Positions 41,089-51,322 of a DNA stretch of 64,000 nt are shown here, in pieces. The notes beneath the pieces were generated by a model. The model had not been told where the DNA came from and did no database searches. It saw only the letters and a list, made by a program, of their open reading frames with translations. The stretch is from positions 4,000,001 through 4,064,000 of the forward strand of contig OZ251539.1 in assembly GCA_965243135.1 (NCBI GenBank). Reading direction: 5' to 3'. Position 1 is the stretch's first letter. Each line of letters begins with the position of its first letter. Made by a program: the position numbers and the translations under genes. This stretch comes from Alphaproteobacteria bacterium (GTDB lineage: Bacteria; Pseudomonadota; Alphaproteobacteria; MPNO01; UBA830).

Positions 41089-44000
41089 ATGAGCGCCAGA
41101 GCCGGTACAGGCGTCGTCTCTGGCAGGAAAACGCTCGTACGCCTCTCGCCACGTCGCGAGTTCAAAACGCCGGATGCCGCCATCGCAACACGAAAAACCG
41201 CCCGAGCAAAGAGGTATGTCCTGATCCAACTTTGTCGCAAAAAGCTGATCGCGGATTCTTGCCCCCCCCCCCCCCGAAATCTGAAGCTCGTCGCGCTGGG
41301 CGGGGCCGCGGCTTTTCTGCTGGCTTTTCCGGCCATGTCCTTTGCGCAGCAGGACTGCGGCAGCGCCGTTCGAGGCAGCTACAATAGCGAAACCGGAGTT
41401 TTCTCCGCGGGAACGTCCGCTACGGACGTCGACTACAGGGTGGCTTGCACGGAGGACGACGGAGACTCCGTGATCACGCTGCCGACGGGTCTTTCGCTGC
41501 CGAACGCCGTTTCCGACTCGTACGTGGTGATCGAGGTCGCCGGGTCGGGAAGCGTTCGCAATTTTCAGCCCGGCGCCTGGAAATACGTCGTGAAGACTCC
41601 CGACGACTTCCGGACGGAAAACACGAACGACGCCCTCGGGCACGGCCTGTACTTCCGTAGCGGGAGCGGCGACGTGCGCGTCGAGCTGCGCGGCGCGGCG
41701 ACCACCCGCGGAGCGGGCGCGACCGGCATGCGGGTGCGGGTCGACGGCGGCGGCAAGGCGACGGCGGTCAACATGGGAACGATCGCCACCCATGGCGACA
41801 CGCACACCTCCAGCGCGGTCGGCACGTTCATCCTGCCGGCCTACGGCGTCTACGCGCAAGCGGAGCAGGGCGACGCCGAAGCGGTGAACCGCGGCGAGAT
41901 CTCGACGGGCGGCGATGGAGCGAGAGGCATCTTCGCGCGGGCCCGCGGGTCGGCGGTGGCGACCAATCACGGGAGGATCACGGTTTCCGGTCCTCCGCAT
42001 GTCTCCGGCTCGGAATACCGGTCTCCGCACGGCATTTTCGCATGGGGCGGGACGGCGGAGGCCGCCAATTTCGGGACGGTCGAAACGCGGGGCGACCGGG
42101 GACGCGGCGTCTACGCGCGCGGGAGCGCCGCGACGGCGACCAATCGCGGCACGATCGTCACCCGCGGCAATCGCGCGGGCGTGGAAGGAAATTTCCTCTC
42201 GGCAATGGGAGTGGCCGCCCAATCGGGCGGCGACGCGACGGCCGTGAATGCCGAGGGCGCCGCGGTGGACACCTACGGCACGAATGCCGACGCCCTGTTC
42301 GTCCGGTCGGGTACCGGAGACGCGAACGCCGTGAACGCGGGCGCGCTTCGCACGCACAATACGGTATCGGATCCCGCCAACAGGCTCGCGCTCGCCGCCG
42401 AAGGCATCTACGCGCGTTCGGACAGCGGCAACGTCACGGTCGTGAACGAGGCGACGGGATCCGTGCGGACGGCGGGCCCGAGGACATGGGGCATCCATGC
42501 GAGAACGAACGGCGACGGCGCGGACGCTTCCGCAACGGTGACGGTCACGAACCGGGGCAGCGTGGAGACCCAAGGGTCGAACGCGGACGGCGTCGTGGCG
42601 GCAGCGTATCACGGCGGCAGCGAAGCCAACCCCAACGCCGTCACGACGACCAGTGCCGGACTCGTCAGGACGCAGGGCGACATGGCCAGCGGCATCATCG
42701 CCGCGGTGGACGTCCGCGACCGCGGAACCTCCTTCGGCTCCGCGCGGGCGGAGAACGCCGGCACGATCTCGACGTCCGGCGGACCCGGCGACGGAACGGA
42801 CCCGACGCAGACCGCGTCCGGAGTGGTCGCCGCCTTTTTCAGCACGTCGGACGACGCGATCTCCGACGCCGGAGACGCGACCGCGATCAACAGCGGAACG
42901 GTGACCGTCGCCGGCGCGGGCGCGGCCGGACTCGTCGCCCGGACCTACGGGTCCGGCGCGGCGACGGTGGAAATGAACGGCGGCGCCGTCGTCGCCTCTT
43001 CCGCGGACGACCCCGCGACGACGGCCGACGAGGGCGGCATCGGCATATGGGCCGCCACGGGCGCGTCCGGCAGGGCTTCGGTGACGGTCGGAAACGCGGC
43101 TGTCGTCCGGGCGCCGGTTGCGGCCCGGCTCGACGGCGGCTCCACGAGGCTCGACCTTTCTTCCGGCTGGCTCGTCGGCGACGTGCGCTTCGGGAGCGGC
43201 GACAACACCCTGAACGTCAGGCGATCAGGCGTCATCGTCGGCGACGTGACCTTCGGCGGCGACAGCGGGAACACAGTGATCCTCGACGCCTCCTCGACGG
43301 CAGGGGTCGTCGGCATTCAGGGTTCGATCACCGGGCTTGAAACCATGCTCAAGCGCGGCCCCGGCGTCGCACGCGTGCGCGACGTGACTTTCTCCGGCTC
43401 CCGGCTTGCGGTCGAGGACGGCATGTTGTCGGTTCGCGGCCATCTCGACCTGGGCGGCGACGGCGCCGTCACGATCGAAAACGCCGGCAGGCTGCAGGTG
43501 GAGGTCGGCGACCTTGCCGGCAATCCCCAAGACCACGGACGGATCACGGCTGGAAACGGGGTCCACTTCGAGGAGGGCGCCGAACGGACTGTCCGGGTGG
43601 CGCATGCTCCGGATCGCTCCGCCGCGCAGAGGACCGCTTCCGAACAAGTCCTCCAGACCGCCGGGATCGCAATCCTCGTCGACGGAACCCCTGCCGTCGA
43701 TGGACGGAATGAACAGTCGATTGGGGATCTGACCTTGACGACAGAAACGCCCGAAGGGACGGTGAACACGGTCGGCAACGTCTCTGTAGACGGTGTAGCC
43801 CAGATCAACCCGGGCGCGGAGTTGCCGACCGCCCGGAAGGAGGCCTCTCCACCCGGTGAACAGAAAGCGGACGCGCCTGAGGCTGCCGTGCCCGCCGTGA
43901 AGCGCAAAGACCGCAGGGATCGCCGTTTCCTGATCGGGGGAGGAGGGCTGTTCGCCCTGCTGATGTTCGCTTTCGACCCGTTCCACATGGTGGAGGCGGG

Positions 44001-44835
44001 CGGTTCGAGCGCCGCGGTCCAGCCGGCGGACGGCCGCGAGGGCGTCGAGGCGCGCGCGTTCACCGCGGACGCACGGGTGGCGGGGGGAACGATGCGCGGC
44101 GTGACGCTGGGCGTCGCTTCGCGGCTCGGCGGCGATCTCCATCTCGGAGTGTCGGCGACGCCCGCCCTTGCGGCGACGGCCGATTCCGGGGAGGCGCTGG
44201 AAGGGGGCCGGTTCGGGCTTCAGGGCCGCTGGCGGTCGGGCATCCTGGATATGGGGGCCAGCCTGTCTCACGGAACCTACGACGCCCGGTCGAAGTCCGC
44301 CAACCTCGAAGGGCTGGACAACCCGGAAGGCGTGTACGGACTGCGCCACGACCATGCGCAGATGCGCCTGGGCGCCCGCGTCGCCGCCGCCGGAATCGAC
44401 GTCGCCCCCTCGCTGTCGCTGTTCGGCGGCCGCCTGGAGCAGACGGCGCACACGGCGCGGTCCGCGGCTCTGCGCGCCGAAGTGCCGGCGCTGACCCGGC
44501 GCTACGGCGGCTGGAAGGCGCGGCTCGACCTCGGGCCGCAGGACTGGCTGCAGGCCGGCCCTGTCCGGTGGCGCCCGCGGCTGGGCCTCGCCGCGGCGCG
44601 GATCTCCACCGACGCTCCGGACGGGCTCCGGGTGCGCCAGTCCGACGCCGCCGGCGCGTTGAGCTTCACGACGCCGGCGCAGGCGGAAGCGCTGCCGCGG
44701 AGGATGCACGCGCTCGCCCTGTCGGCGTCCGTCCGCGGCGAAACCTGGAAACTGGACGGCGGCTACGTGGCGGCGATGGCGGCGGACGACAAGCCGGTCC
44801 ATGCCGTTGCGGCGCGGCTGAGCATCGACTTCTGA
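41089..44835 (+). CDS. Large autotransporter-like surface protein
   Basis: Signal-like LVALGGAAAFLLAFPAMSFA; repetitive beta-helix-like units (AVNxGxIxTxG..AxGIxA); C-terminal barrel ending ARLSIDF; start uncertain. Confidence 0.8.
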   Translation: MSARAGTGVVSGRKTLVRLSPRREFKTPDAAIATRKTARAKRYVLIQLCRKKLIADSCPPPPRNLKLVALGGAAAFLLAFPAMSFAQQDCGSAVRGSYNSETGVFSAGTSATDVDYRVACTEDDGDSVITLPTGLSLPNAVSDSYVVIEVAGSGSVRNFQPGAWKYVVKTPDDFRTENTNDALGHGLYFRSGSGDVRVELRGAATTRGAGATGMRVRVDGGGKATAVNMGTIATHGDTHTSSAVGTFILPAYGVYAQAEQGDAEAVNRGEISTGGDGARGIFARARGSAVATNHGRITVSGPPHVSGSEYRSPHGIFAWGGTAEAANFGTVETRGDRGRGVYARGSAATATNRGTIVTRGNRAGVEGNFLSAMGVAAQSGGDATAVNAEGAAVDTYGTNADALFVRSGTGDANAVNAGALRTHNTVSDPANRLALAAEGIYARSDSGNVTVVNEATGSVRTAGPRTWGIHARTNGDGADASATVTVTNRGSVETQGSNADGVVAAAYHGGSEANPNAVTTTSAGLVRTQGDMASGIIAAVDVRDRGTSFGSARAENAGTISTSGGPGDGTDPTQTASGVVAAFFSTSDDAISDAGDATAINSGTVTVAGAGAAGLVARTYGSGAATVEMNGGAVVASSADDPATTADEGGIGIWAATGASGRASVTVGNAAVVRAPVAARLDGGSTRLDLSSGWLVGDVRFGSGDNTLNVRRSGVIVGDVTFGGDSGNTVILDASSTAGVVGIQGSITGLETMLKRGPGVARVRDVTFSGSRLAVEDGMLSVRGHLDLGGDGAVTIENAGRLQVEVGDLAGNPQDHGRITAGNGVHFEEGAERTVRVAHAPDRSAAQRTASEQVLQTAGIAILVDGTPAVDGRNEQSIGDLTLTTETPEGTVNTVGNVSVDGVAQINPGAELPTARKEASPPGEQKADAPEAAVPAVKRKDRRDRRFLIGGGGLFALLMFAFDPFHMVEAGGSSAAVQPADGREGVEARAFTADARVAGGTMRGVTLGVASRLGGDLHLGVSATPALAATADSGEALEGGRFGLQGRWRSGILDMGASLSHGTYDARSKSANLEGLDNPEGVYGLRHDHAQMRLGARVAAAGIDVAPSLSLFGGRLEQTAHTARSAALRAEVPALTRRYGGWKARLDLGPQDWLQAGPVRWRPRLGLAAARISTDAPDGLRVRQSDAAGALSFTTPAQAEALPRRMHALALSASVRGETWKLDGGYVAAMAADDKPVHAVAARLSIDF
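41262..41275 (+). repeat. C14 homopolymer tract in the 5' coding region of the autotransporter
   Basis: TTG-CCCCCCCCCCCCCC-GAAAT; by eye the longest homopolymer in the window. Confidence 0.9.
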
Positions 44836-45212
44836 CCGTCTCCGCCCGCCTCCTTTCCCCCGCAGGGAGGCGGGCGGCGCGCCGAAAGTGCAGGCGCTTG
44901 CGCTGAAAGCGACGGAGCTTGCGGCAGTTGGAGCGCGACGCAACCGGTCAGCCGGGATTGGGCGAACCCGTACCGACCTTTGGGATTTTCCGGTTGCGCG
45001 ACGCACGCAAGGCTCGCCGCGTCGCAGTTGAAAAAGAACCTGGAAAGCCGAACCTGCGGCCAGCCGCACGGCCTTCGGAAGCGCCCGGCCTATCCCATGC
45101 CGGAGGCGTTATGTTGCCATGGTGCCCCCAGCCGGTTCGTCGCGGCAATCGTCCCAAAGGCGCGTGGTTCCGCTGCGGCGCCGAAGCAGGGCGGGACGCC
45201 CGGCCTCGCCCG

Positions 45213-45509
45213 CTATTCCGCCGCCTCGGCCGGCGGCTCCTTCCGGTGCTCGGCGAAAGTCTCGAGCAGGTCGAACTTGCCCTCGACGCGTGCCACTCGC
45301 TCGCTCAGCTTCCGGAACTGCTCGCTCATCTCCCGGAACTGCTCGCTCATCTCCCGGAACTGCTCGTTCATCTCCCGGAACCGTTCGTTCATGTGCAGGG
45401 CAAGAGCGTCGATCCGGCGGTCGAGCCGACGGCCTTGCTGAAGAACCAGCCCGACAATCGCAATGCCGACGCCAAGCATGGTGATGATTTCGGGGGAAAA
45501 CTCTTCCAT
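45213..45509 (-). CDS. Small N-terminally anchored coiled-coil protein, copy 1 (98 aa)
   Basis: MEEFSPEIITMLGVGIAIVGLVLQQ + 21-bp (heptad) repeats [N/S]E[Q/R]FREM; RBS GGAGG; TTGCGC-17nt-TACGTT promoter. Confidence 0.8.
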   Translation of the reverse strand: MEEFSPEIITMLGVGIAIVGLVLQQGRRLDRRIDALALHMNERFREMNEQFREMSEQFREMSEQFRKLSERVARVEGKFDLLETFAEHRKEPPAEAAE

Positions 45510-46371
45510 GAACTGCCTCCGTCGAGAAATTGAACGTATGCCAAACGTTCGCGCTGCGCAACCTTCTTGAGCCGTTTGCGCCATGCCATTTTTTATTGGC
45601 CCGCCGCCCGGCCGGTACCCCGCGGTCCGCTCCGCCCGCTTGCAAGGGTCGCGCAGGCGGGCGACTGCGAAACAAAATGGACTGTTGATCCGACGCCGTC
45701 GGCGCGCTGAGCTTCACGACGCTGGCGCAGGCGGAAGCGCTGCCGTGGACGATGCACGCGCTCGCCCTGTCGGCATCCACCCGTGGCGAAACCTGGAAGC
45801 TGGACGGCGGCTACGTGGCGGCGATGGTGGCGGACGACAAGCCGGTCCATGCCGTTGCGGCGCGGCTGCGCATCGACTTCTGACCGTCTCCGCCCGCCTC
45901 CATTCCCCCGGAGGGAGGCGGGCGGCGCACCAAAAAATGCAAGCGCCTGCGTTGAAAGCGACGGAGCTTGCGGCCGTTGAACCGCGGCGCAACCGGCTGG
46001 TCGGAACTGGACGAACCCGTACCGACCTTTGCGATTTCCGGTTGCGCGACGCGCACAGGGCTCGCCGCGCCGCAGCCGAAAGAAAACTCGGAAAGCCGAA
46101 CCTGCGGCGAAAACCGGCCGCGCTGCCTCCGGAAGCGCCCGGCCTTTCCCATGCCGGAGGCGCTATGTTGCCGTGGCGCCCCCAGCCGGTCCGTCGCGGC
46201 AACCGTCCCCAAGGCGCGTGGTTCCGCTGCGGCGACGAAGCTTGGGGGAAGTCCGGGCAGTTTCCCGAGACCGCGCCCCGGAACTCCGGAGCGCGGCGGG
46301 CGGCAGCCGCGAGAGAAGGCTGATCGGCGAACTCTGGCGCCGAAGCGGGGCGGGACGCCCGGCCTCGCCCG

Positions 46372-46809
46372 CTATTCCGCCGCCTCGGCCGGCGGCTCTT
46401 TCCGGTGCTCGACGAAAGCCTCGAGCAGATCGAACTTGCCCTCGACGCGCGCCACGCGCCCGCTCAAATCCCGGAATTGCTCGTTCATCTCCCGGAATTG
46501 CTCGTTCATCTCCCGGAACCGTTCGTTCATCTCCCGGAACCGTTCGTTCGTCTGTTCGTTGTGTTGCCGGAATTGCTCGCTAATCTGTTCGGTCAGATGC
46601 CGGAACCGTTCGTTCGTTTGGTCAGTCAGATGCCGATATTGCTCGTTGACCTGCTCGAACCGGTCGTCCGTCCGCCGGTCTCGTTCGTCCATTTGCAGGG
46701 CAAGAGCGTCGATCCGGCGGTCGAGCCGACGCCCCTGCTGAAGAACCAGCCCGATGATGGCAATGCCGACGCCAAGCATGGTGATGATTTCGGGGGAAAA
46801 CTCTTCCAT
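46372..46809 (-). CDS. Small N-terminally anchored coiled-coil protein, copy 2 (145 aa)
   Basis: Same termini as copy 1; three 11-residue repeats plus heptads. Confidence 0.8.
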   Translation of the reverse strand: MEEFSPEIITMLGVGIAIIGLVLQQGRRLDRRIDALALQMDERDRRTDDRFEQVNEQYRHLTDQTNERFRHLTEQISEQFRQHNEQTNERFREMNERFREMNEQFREMNEQFRDLSGRVARVEGKFDLLEAFVEHRKEPPAEAAE

Positions 46810-47309
46810 GAACTGCCTCCGTCGAGAAACTGAACGTATGCCAAACGTTCGCGCCGCGCAACCTTCTTGAGCCGTTTGCGCCGTGCCATTTTTTATTGGT
46901 CCGCCGCCCGGCCGGCGCCCCGCGGTCCGCTCCGCCCGCCTGCCCGCCCGCAAGGGTCGCGCAGGCGGAAGCGCCGCCGCGGAGGTTGCACGCACTCGCC
47001 CTGTCGGCGTCCGCCCGCGGCGAAACCTGGAAGCTGGACGGCGGCTACGTGGCGGCGATGGTGGCGGACGACAAGCCGGTCCATGCCGTTGCGGCGCGGC
47101 TGTGCATCGACTTCTGATTCTCGCAGCCCGTCCCCTTCCCCCGGAGGTAGGCGGATGGCGCGCCGAAGGCGCTTGCGCTGAAGCGGCGGAGCTTGCGGCC
47201 GTTGGACCGCAGCGCAACCGGTCAGCCGGAACCGGGCGAACCCGTACCGACCTTTGGGATTTCCGGTTGCGCAGCGCGCACAGGAGGGCTCGCCGCGTCG
47301 CAGCTGAAA

Positions 47310-49266
47310 GTAGAGTCGAGGACTGGCGCGTTAGTTTTAGGGTCCGGTGGATGTTCCGTCGCTTTCGCTCCGGGCCTCAGTCCGGCTCCCTTGACCACGT
47401 TTCCAGTCCCCGCTCGTCAAACCGGACGTGCGGATTTCCCGCGCTTCGGTCGAGATCATGCCTTCGCCCACGGGAAGCTCTTCGTTCGCGGTGTAAGACG
47501 CGTAAGACCTATTTCATTCCATAGGTATTCTTTTGGAAAGCGCGCATACTTTCCTTTACGCACCTTGTGCTTGCGACAGAGCCATTGGCGCAGCCGACGG
47601 GTTGCGTGTCGATCAACGGCGGCGTAGGCGGGGCTGACCTGTCCTGATACGAAATAGTTTCCCCATCCAGTTATTATCCTGTTGAGGCGTTTTACCATCT
47701 CGTCCGGTTCAAGTTGTCCGTTTCTTCTCGCCGTCATTTCACTGTTGGCTTATGCTTTGGACGCTCGCCGAGCTGGGACGCGTTCCAATGTAGGATCGTC
47801 CCGTGTCCCGACGATAGTTGCGTCCGATTCGGTACCCAAGGTATTCTAGTGGTTTCTCAGGCACCCGTAAACATTGGGTCTTCTCCGCGTTTATCGGCAG
47901 TTTCAGCCTTTCCATGAGTGCTTCGACTGCCGCCAGCATCTTGTTGGCCGGCGCTTTGCCGAGCACCACACTGTCCAGTTGACGATCTTCGCGCAGAAGC
48001 TTTGAGCGTAGCCCAATACCTTCCAGCCCAGTATGAACCGGCGCATGTAGATGTTGCTGAGTAGCGGGGAGATCGGCGCTCCTTGCGGAGTGCCTTTCCT
48101 TTCCCTGCGTGCCCGGTTCGTGCGGCGTTTGCCGCCTTTGCCGTCGTCCTCTTCCACTGCCATTTCCAGCCATGCTTTGACCCAGCCCAGCATTCGTCCA
48201 TCGCTTACGCGACGGGCGACGGACTTCATCAGGTCCGCATGCGGGATTTGACCGAAGTAGTCGGACAGGTCCGCGTCCACCACCTCATGGTGGCCTTGTC
48301 TCAGTAACTGGTGCACCCGTTTGACCGCATCGAGTGCGCTTCTTTCCGGTCTGTAGGCATATTGCTCCGGTTGCAGGTCGGCTTCGAAGATCGGCGACAA
48401 TATGAGCATCGCCGCCGTTTGTGCCACCCTGTCCCGTATGCAGGGAATGCCCAGGGGCCGGAATTTTCCGCGCTGTTTCTTCGGGATTAAAACCTGCCGT
48501 ACCGCGGCCGGCCGGTAGGTTCCTTCTTTTAGGTCCCGCGCCAGTTCCTCAAGCCATTGGCCCACTCCTTGCGCTTCAATATCCGCTATCGTCGTTCCGT
48601 CCGTTCCGGCAGTTCCTCCGTTTCGACGGACGTCCTGCCAGGCTGTGAACAGTACTTCGTAGCTCCATACCTTGTCGCATAGCGAGTAGAACCGGAAGCT
48701 CGGGGATTCCTTCGCTTTCGCATGTAACGCTATCTGGAGTCTCCGAACTTTCTCCGAGGCTGCTAGGCTTTTGCCAGTCCTCATGTCCTTTCCTCCTTCC
48801 AACGCTTCTCTCGACCCAAGGCCCCTTTCCTCCACCGGCATTACCCGGCTTCTCCGGTACTACGGGCCTCTCCGCCACCCTGCCGGCCCGGCCTGCCCCT
48901 CGCGGGGTTCCGGTTGACTCTTGCGCGTCACCGACAGGGCTTCCCGTGTTGCTGCTTCCTTCATCTTCCATGCGTGCCGACATCATTACCCCGGCGGAAA
49001 CGGTCGGTGCGCTTGTCGTTCTCTTCCCGACCGTCGGCGGCTTTCCCCTAGTTTCCGGAGGGTCAGCTTCCGCATTGCATGTTTCGAGGCCTGGTTCACT
49101 CGCGTTTCGGCCCGCATGTTCGCTGAGCGGCCTTCGCCGCCCTTTTTCCAGAGTGCTTCAGTCTACATCGTTACCTCCGTAAACCGCCCTGGCTGCTACC
49201 AACCGGAACGACAGTTGTTGGGTGGGATTCGCACCCACCAGAAGAAAGCGCCTTTCCACGGCGCAC
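47310..49266 (-). mobile_element. Group II intron
   Basis: 5' end GTGCGC at 49266; domain V-like GCGGGAAATCCGCACGTCCGGTTTGACGAGCGGGG and 3' end CTCGACTCTAC at 47310; removal restores the repeat-unit sequence with no target duplication. Confidence 0.9.
47456..48784 (-). pseudogene. ltrA: Group II intron reverse transcriptase/maturase, frameshifted, YADD motif disrupted
   Basis: RPLGIPCIRDRVAQ, YAYRPERSA, VVDADLSDYF, GTPQGAPISPLLSNIY; X domain LNRIITGWGNYF; no intact YADD after KIVN. Confidence 0.87.
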
Positions 49267-49557
49267 GAAAACCCGGAAAGCCGAACCTGCGGCGAAAACC
49301 GGCCGCGCTGCCTCCGGAAGCGCTCAGCCTTTCCCATGCCGGAGGCGCTATGTTGCCGTGGCGCCCCCAGCCGGTCCGTCGCGGCAACCGTCCCCAAGGC
49401 GCGTGGTTCCGCTGCGGCGACGAAGCTTGGGGGAAGTCCGGGCAGTTTCCCGAGACCGCGCCCCGGAACTCCGGAGCGTGGCGGGCGGCAGCCGCGAGAG
49501 AAGGCTGGGTCGGCGAACTCTGGCGCCGAAGAGGGGCGGGACGCCCGGCCTCGCCCG

Positions 49558-49965
49558 CTATTCCGCCGCCTCGGCCGGCGGCTCTTTCCGGTGCTCGACG
49601 AAAGCCTCGAGCAGATCGAACTTGCCCTCGACTCGCGCCACGCGCTCGCTCAACATCTGGAATTGCTCGTTCATCTGCCGGAATTGCTCGTTCATCTGAT
49701 CGGTCAATTGCCGGAACCGTTCGTTCGTCTGTTCGTTGTGTTGCCGGAATTGCTCGTTCATCTGATCGGTCAATTGCCGGAACCGTTCATTCGTCTGGTC
49801 GGTCAGATGCTCGAACCGGTCATCCGTCCGCCGATCCCGCTCGTCCATGCGCAGGACGAGGGCGTCGATCCGGTGGTCGAGCCGACGGCCCTGCTGAAGA
49901 ACCAGCCCGATGATGGCAATGCCGACGCCAAGCATGGTGATGATTTCGGGGGAAAACTCTTCCAT
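49558..49965 (-). CDS. Small N-terminally anchored coiled-coil protein, copy 3 (135 aa)
   Basis: Same termini; four 11-residue (33-bp) repeats such as QLTDQMNEQFR. Confidence 0.8.
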   Translation of the reverse strand: MEEFSPEIITMLGVGIAIIGLVLQQGRRLDHRIDALVLRMDERDRRTDDRFEHLTDQTNERFRQLTDQMNEQFRQHNEQTNERFRQLTDQMNEQFRQMNEQFQMLSERVARVEGKFDLLEAFVEHRKEPPAEAAE

Positions 49966-50051
49966 GAACTGCCTCCGTCGAAAAACTGAACATATGTCAA
50001 ACGTTCGCGCCGCGCAACCTTCTTGAGCCGTTTGCGCCGTGCCATTATTTA

Positions 50052-51322
50052 GGATTCTCGCCAAAATAAAGTGGTTGTTTGGTTGTGCGGGTATGTTATA
50101 TTCCATGTCATGGAACACGCTGTGACGCAAGTGGTGCAGGCCAAGTTCGTTGCACTCAAGCCTTTGCTCGACGAGCGAACGCGCCGCCGCTGGGCTGCGG
50201 TGGAGGCGCGCGCGATTGGACGCGGCGGCATCGCGAGGGTCGCGGAGGCGACAGGGATGTCGAGAACGACCATTCAGGCGGGGATCAAGGAACTCGATCG
50301 ATTGCCGGAGGACGAGCCGGTGCGCAGTCCGGGCGGAGGCAGGAAGCCGCTTACCGCGCATGATCCAGACCTTTTGGCCGCCCTTGAGAGGCAGGTCAAT
50401 CCGGTCACGCGCGGCGACCCGTCCGGTCCATTGCGCTGGACATGCAGCAGTGCCGCGCATCTGGCGCAAGAGCTTCGGACAGCCGGCCACCAGGTCAGCG
50501 AGCGCACGGTGAACCGGATGCTCCATGATGCTGGCTACAGTCTGCAAGCCAACCGCAAAACGCTCGAGGGCAATCAGCACCCGGACCGGGATGCGCAATT
50601 CAGGTATATCAACCGGCGTGTGAAGGCTTTTCAAAAATTGGGTCAGCCGGTCGTGTCGGTTGACGCGAAAAAGAAGGAACTTGTTGGAAAATATAAGAAT
50701 AATGGCAAGGAGTGGAAGCGCAAGGGACAGCCCGAAGCCGTCAACGTTCATGATTTTCCCGACAAGGTGCTCGGGAAAGCACTTCCTTACGGCGTTTACG
50801 ATTTGACGAACGACACGGGGTGGGTGAGCGTCGGCGTCGACCACGACACGGCGACATTCGCTGTCGAAACGTTGCGCCGGTGGTGGTGCAAGATGGGATG
50901 CCATGCCTATCCCGGAGCGCGGCGTTTGCTGATCACAGCCGATGGCGGCGGACGGCAGCCGCAACCGCTTGTGGAAATGGGAGTTGCAGAAGCTTGCCGA
51001 CGATATCGGTCTCCAAATCTCCGTTTGTCACTTTCCGCCCGGGACGAGCAAGTGGAACAAAATCGAACATCGCATGTTCTGTCACGCACAATTGGCGCGG
51101 ACGTCCGTTGACAAGCCACGAGGTGGTCGTGAACCTCATTGGCCATACGACAACGAAAAGCGGCTTGACCCTCCGGTCCGAGTTGGACGAAAACAGCTAT
51201 CCAACAGGGCAACCGGTGACGGACCGGCAGATGGCCAGCCTGTCTCTCAAACGAGACAACTTCCATGGAGAGTGGAATTATAGATTCTCGCCAAAATAAA
51301 CAGTTTATTTTGGCGAGCTTCC
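50052..51322 (+). mobile_element. ISAzo13-like insertion sequence
   Basis: Terminal inverted repeats GGA(TT/AG)CTCGCCAAAATAAA; 3-bp target duplication TTA. Confidence 0.85.
50110..51299 (+). pseudogene. ISAzo13-family transposase, frameshifted
   Basis: LDERTRRRWAA, TRGDP, GYSLQANRK, SVDAKKKELVG, ITADGG, PPGTSKWNKIEHRMF, FHGEWNY. Confidence 0.88.

Noticed and set aside
45300-49810. CRISPR array suggested by short tandem repeats
   Set aside because: The repeats are contiguous 21/33-bp in-frame coding units with no unique spacers, and there are no cas genes.
44641-49965. Diversity-generating retroelement (RT next to near-identical repeats of a surface-protein C-terminus)
   Set aside because: The RT sits inside recognisable group II intron ends with domain V and an X domain, no Avd-like gene is visible, and differences among the repeats are not confined to adenines.
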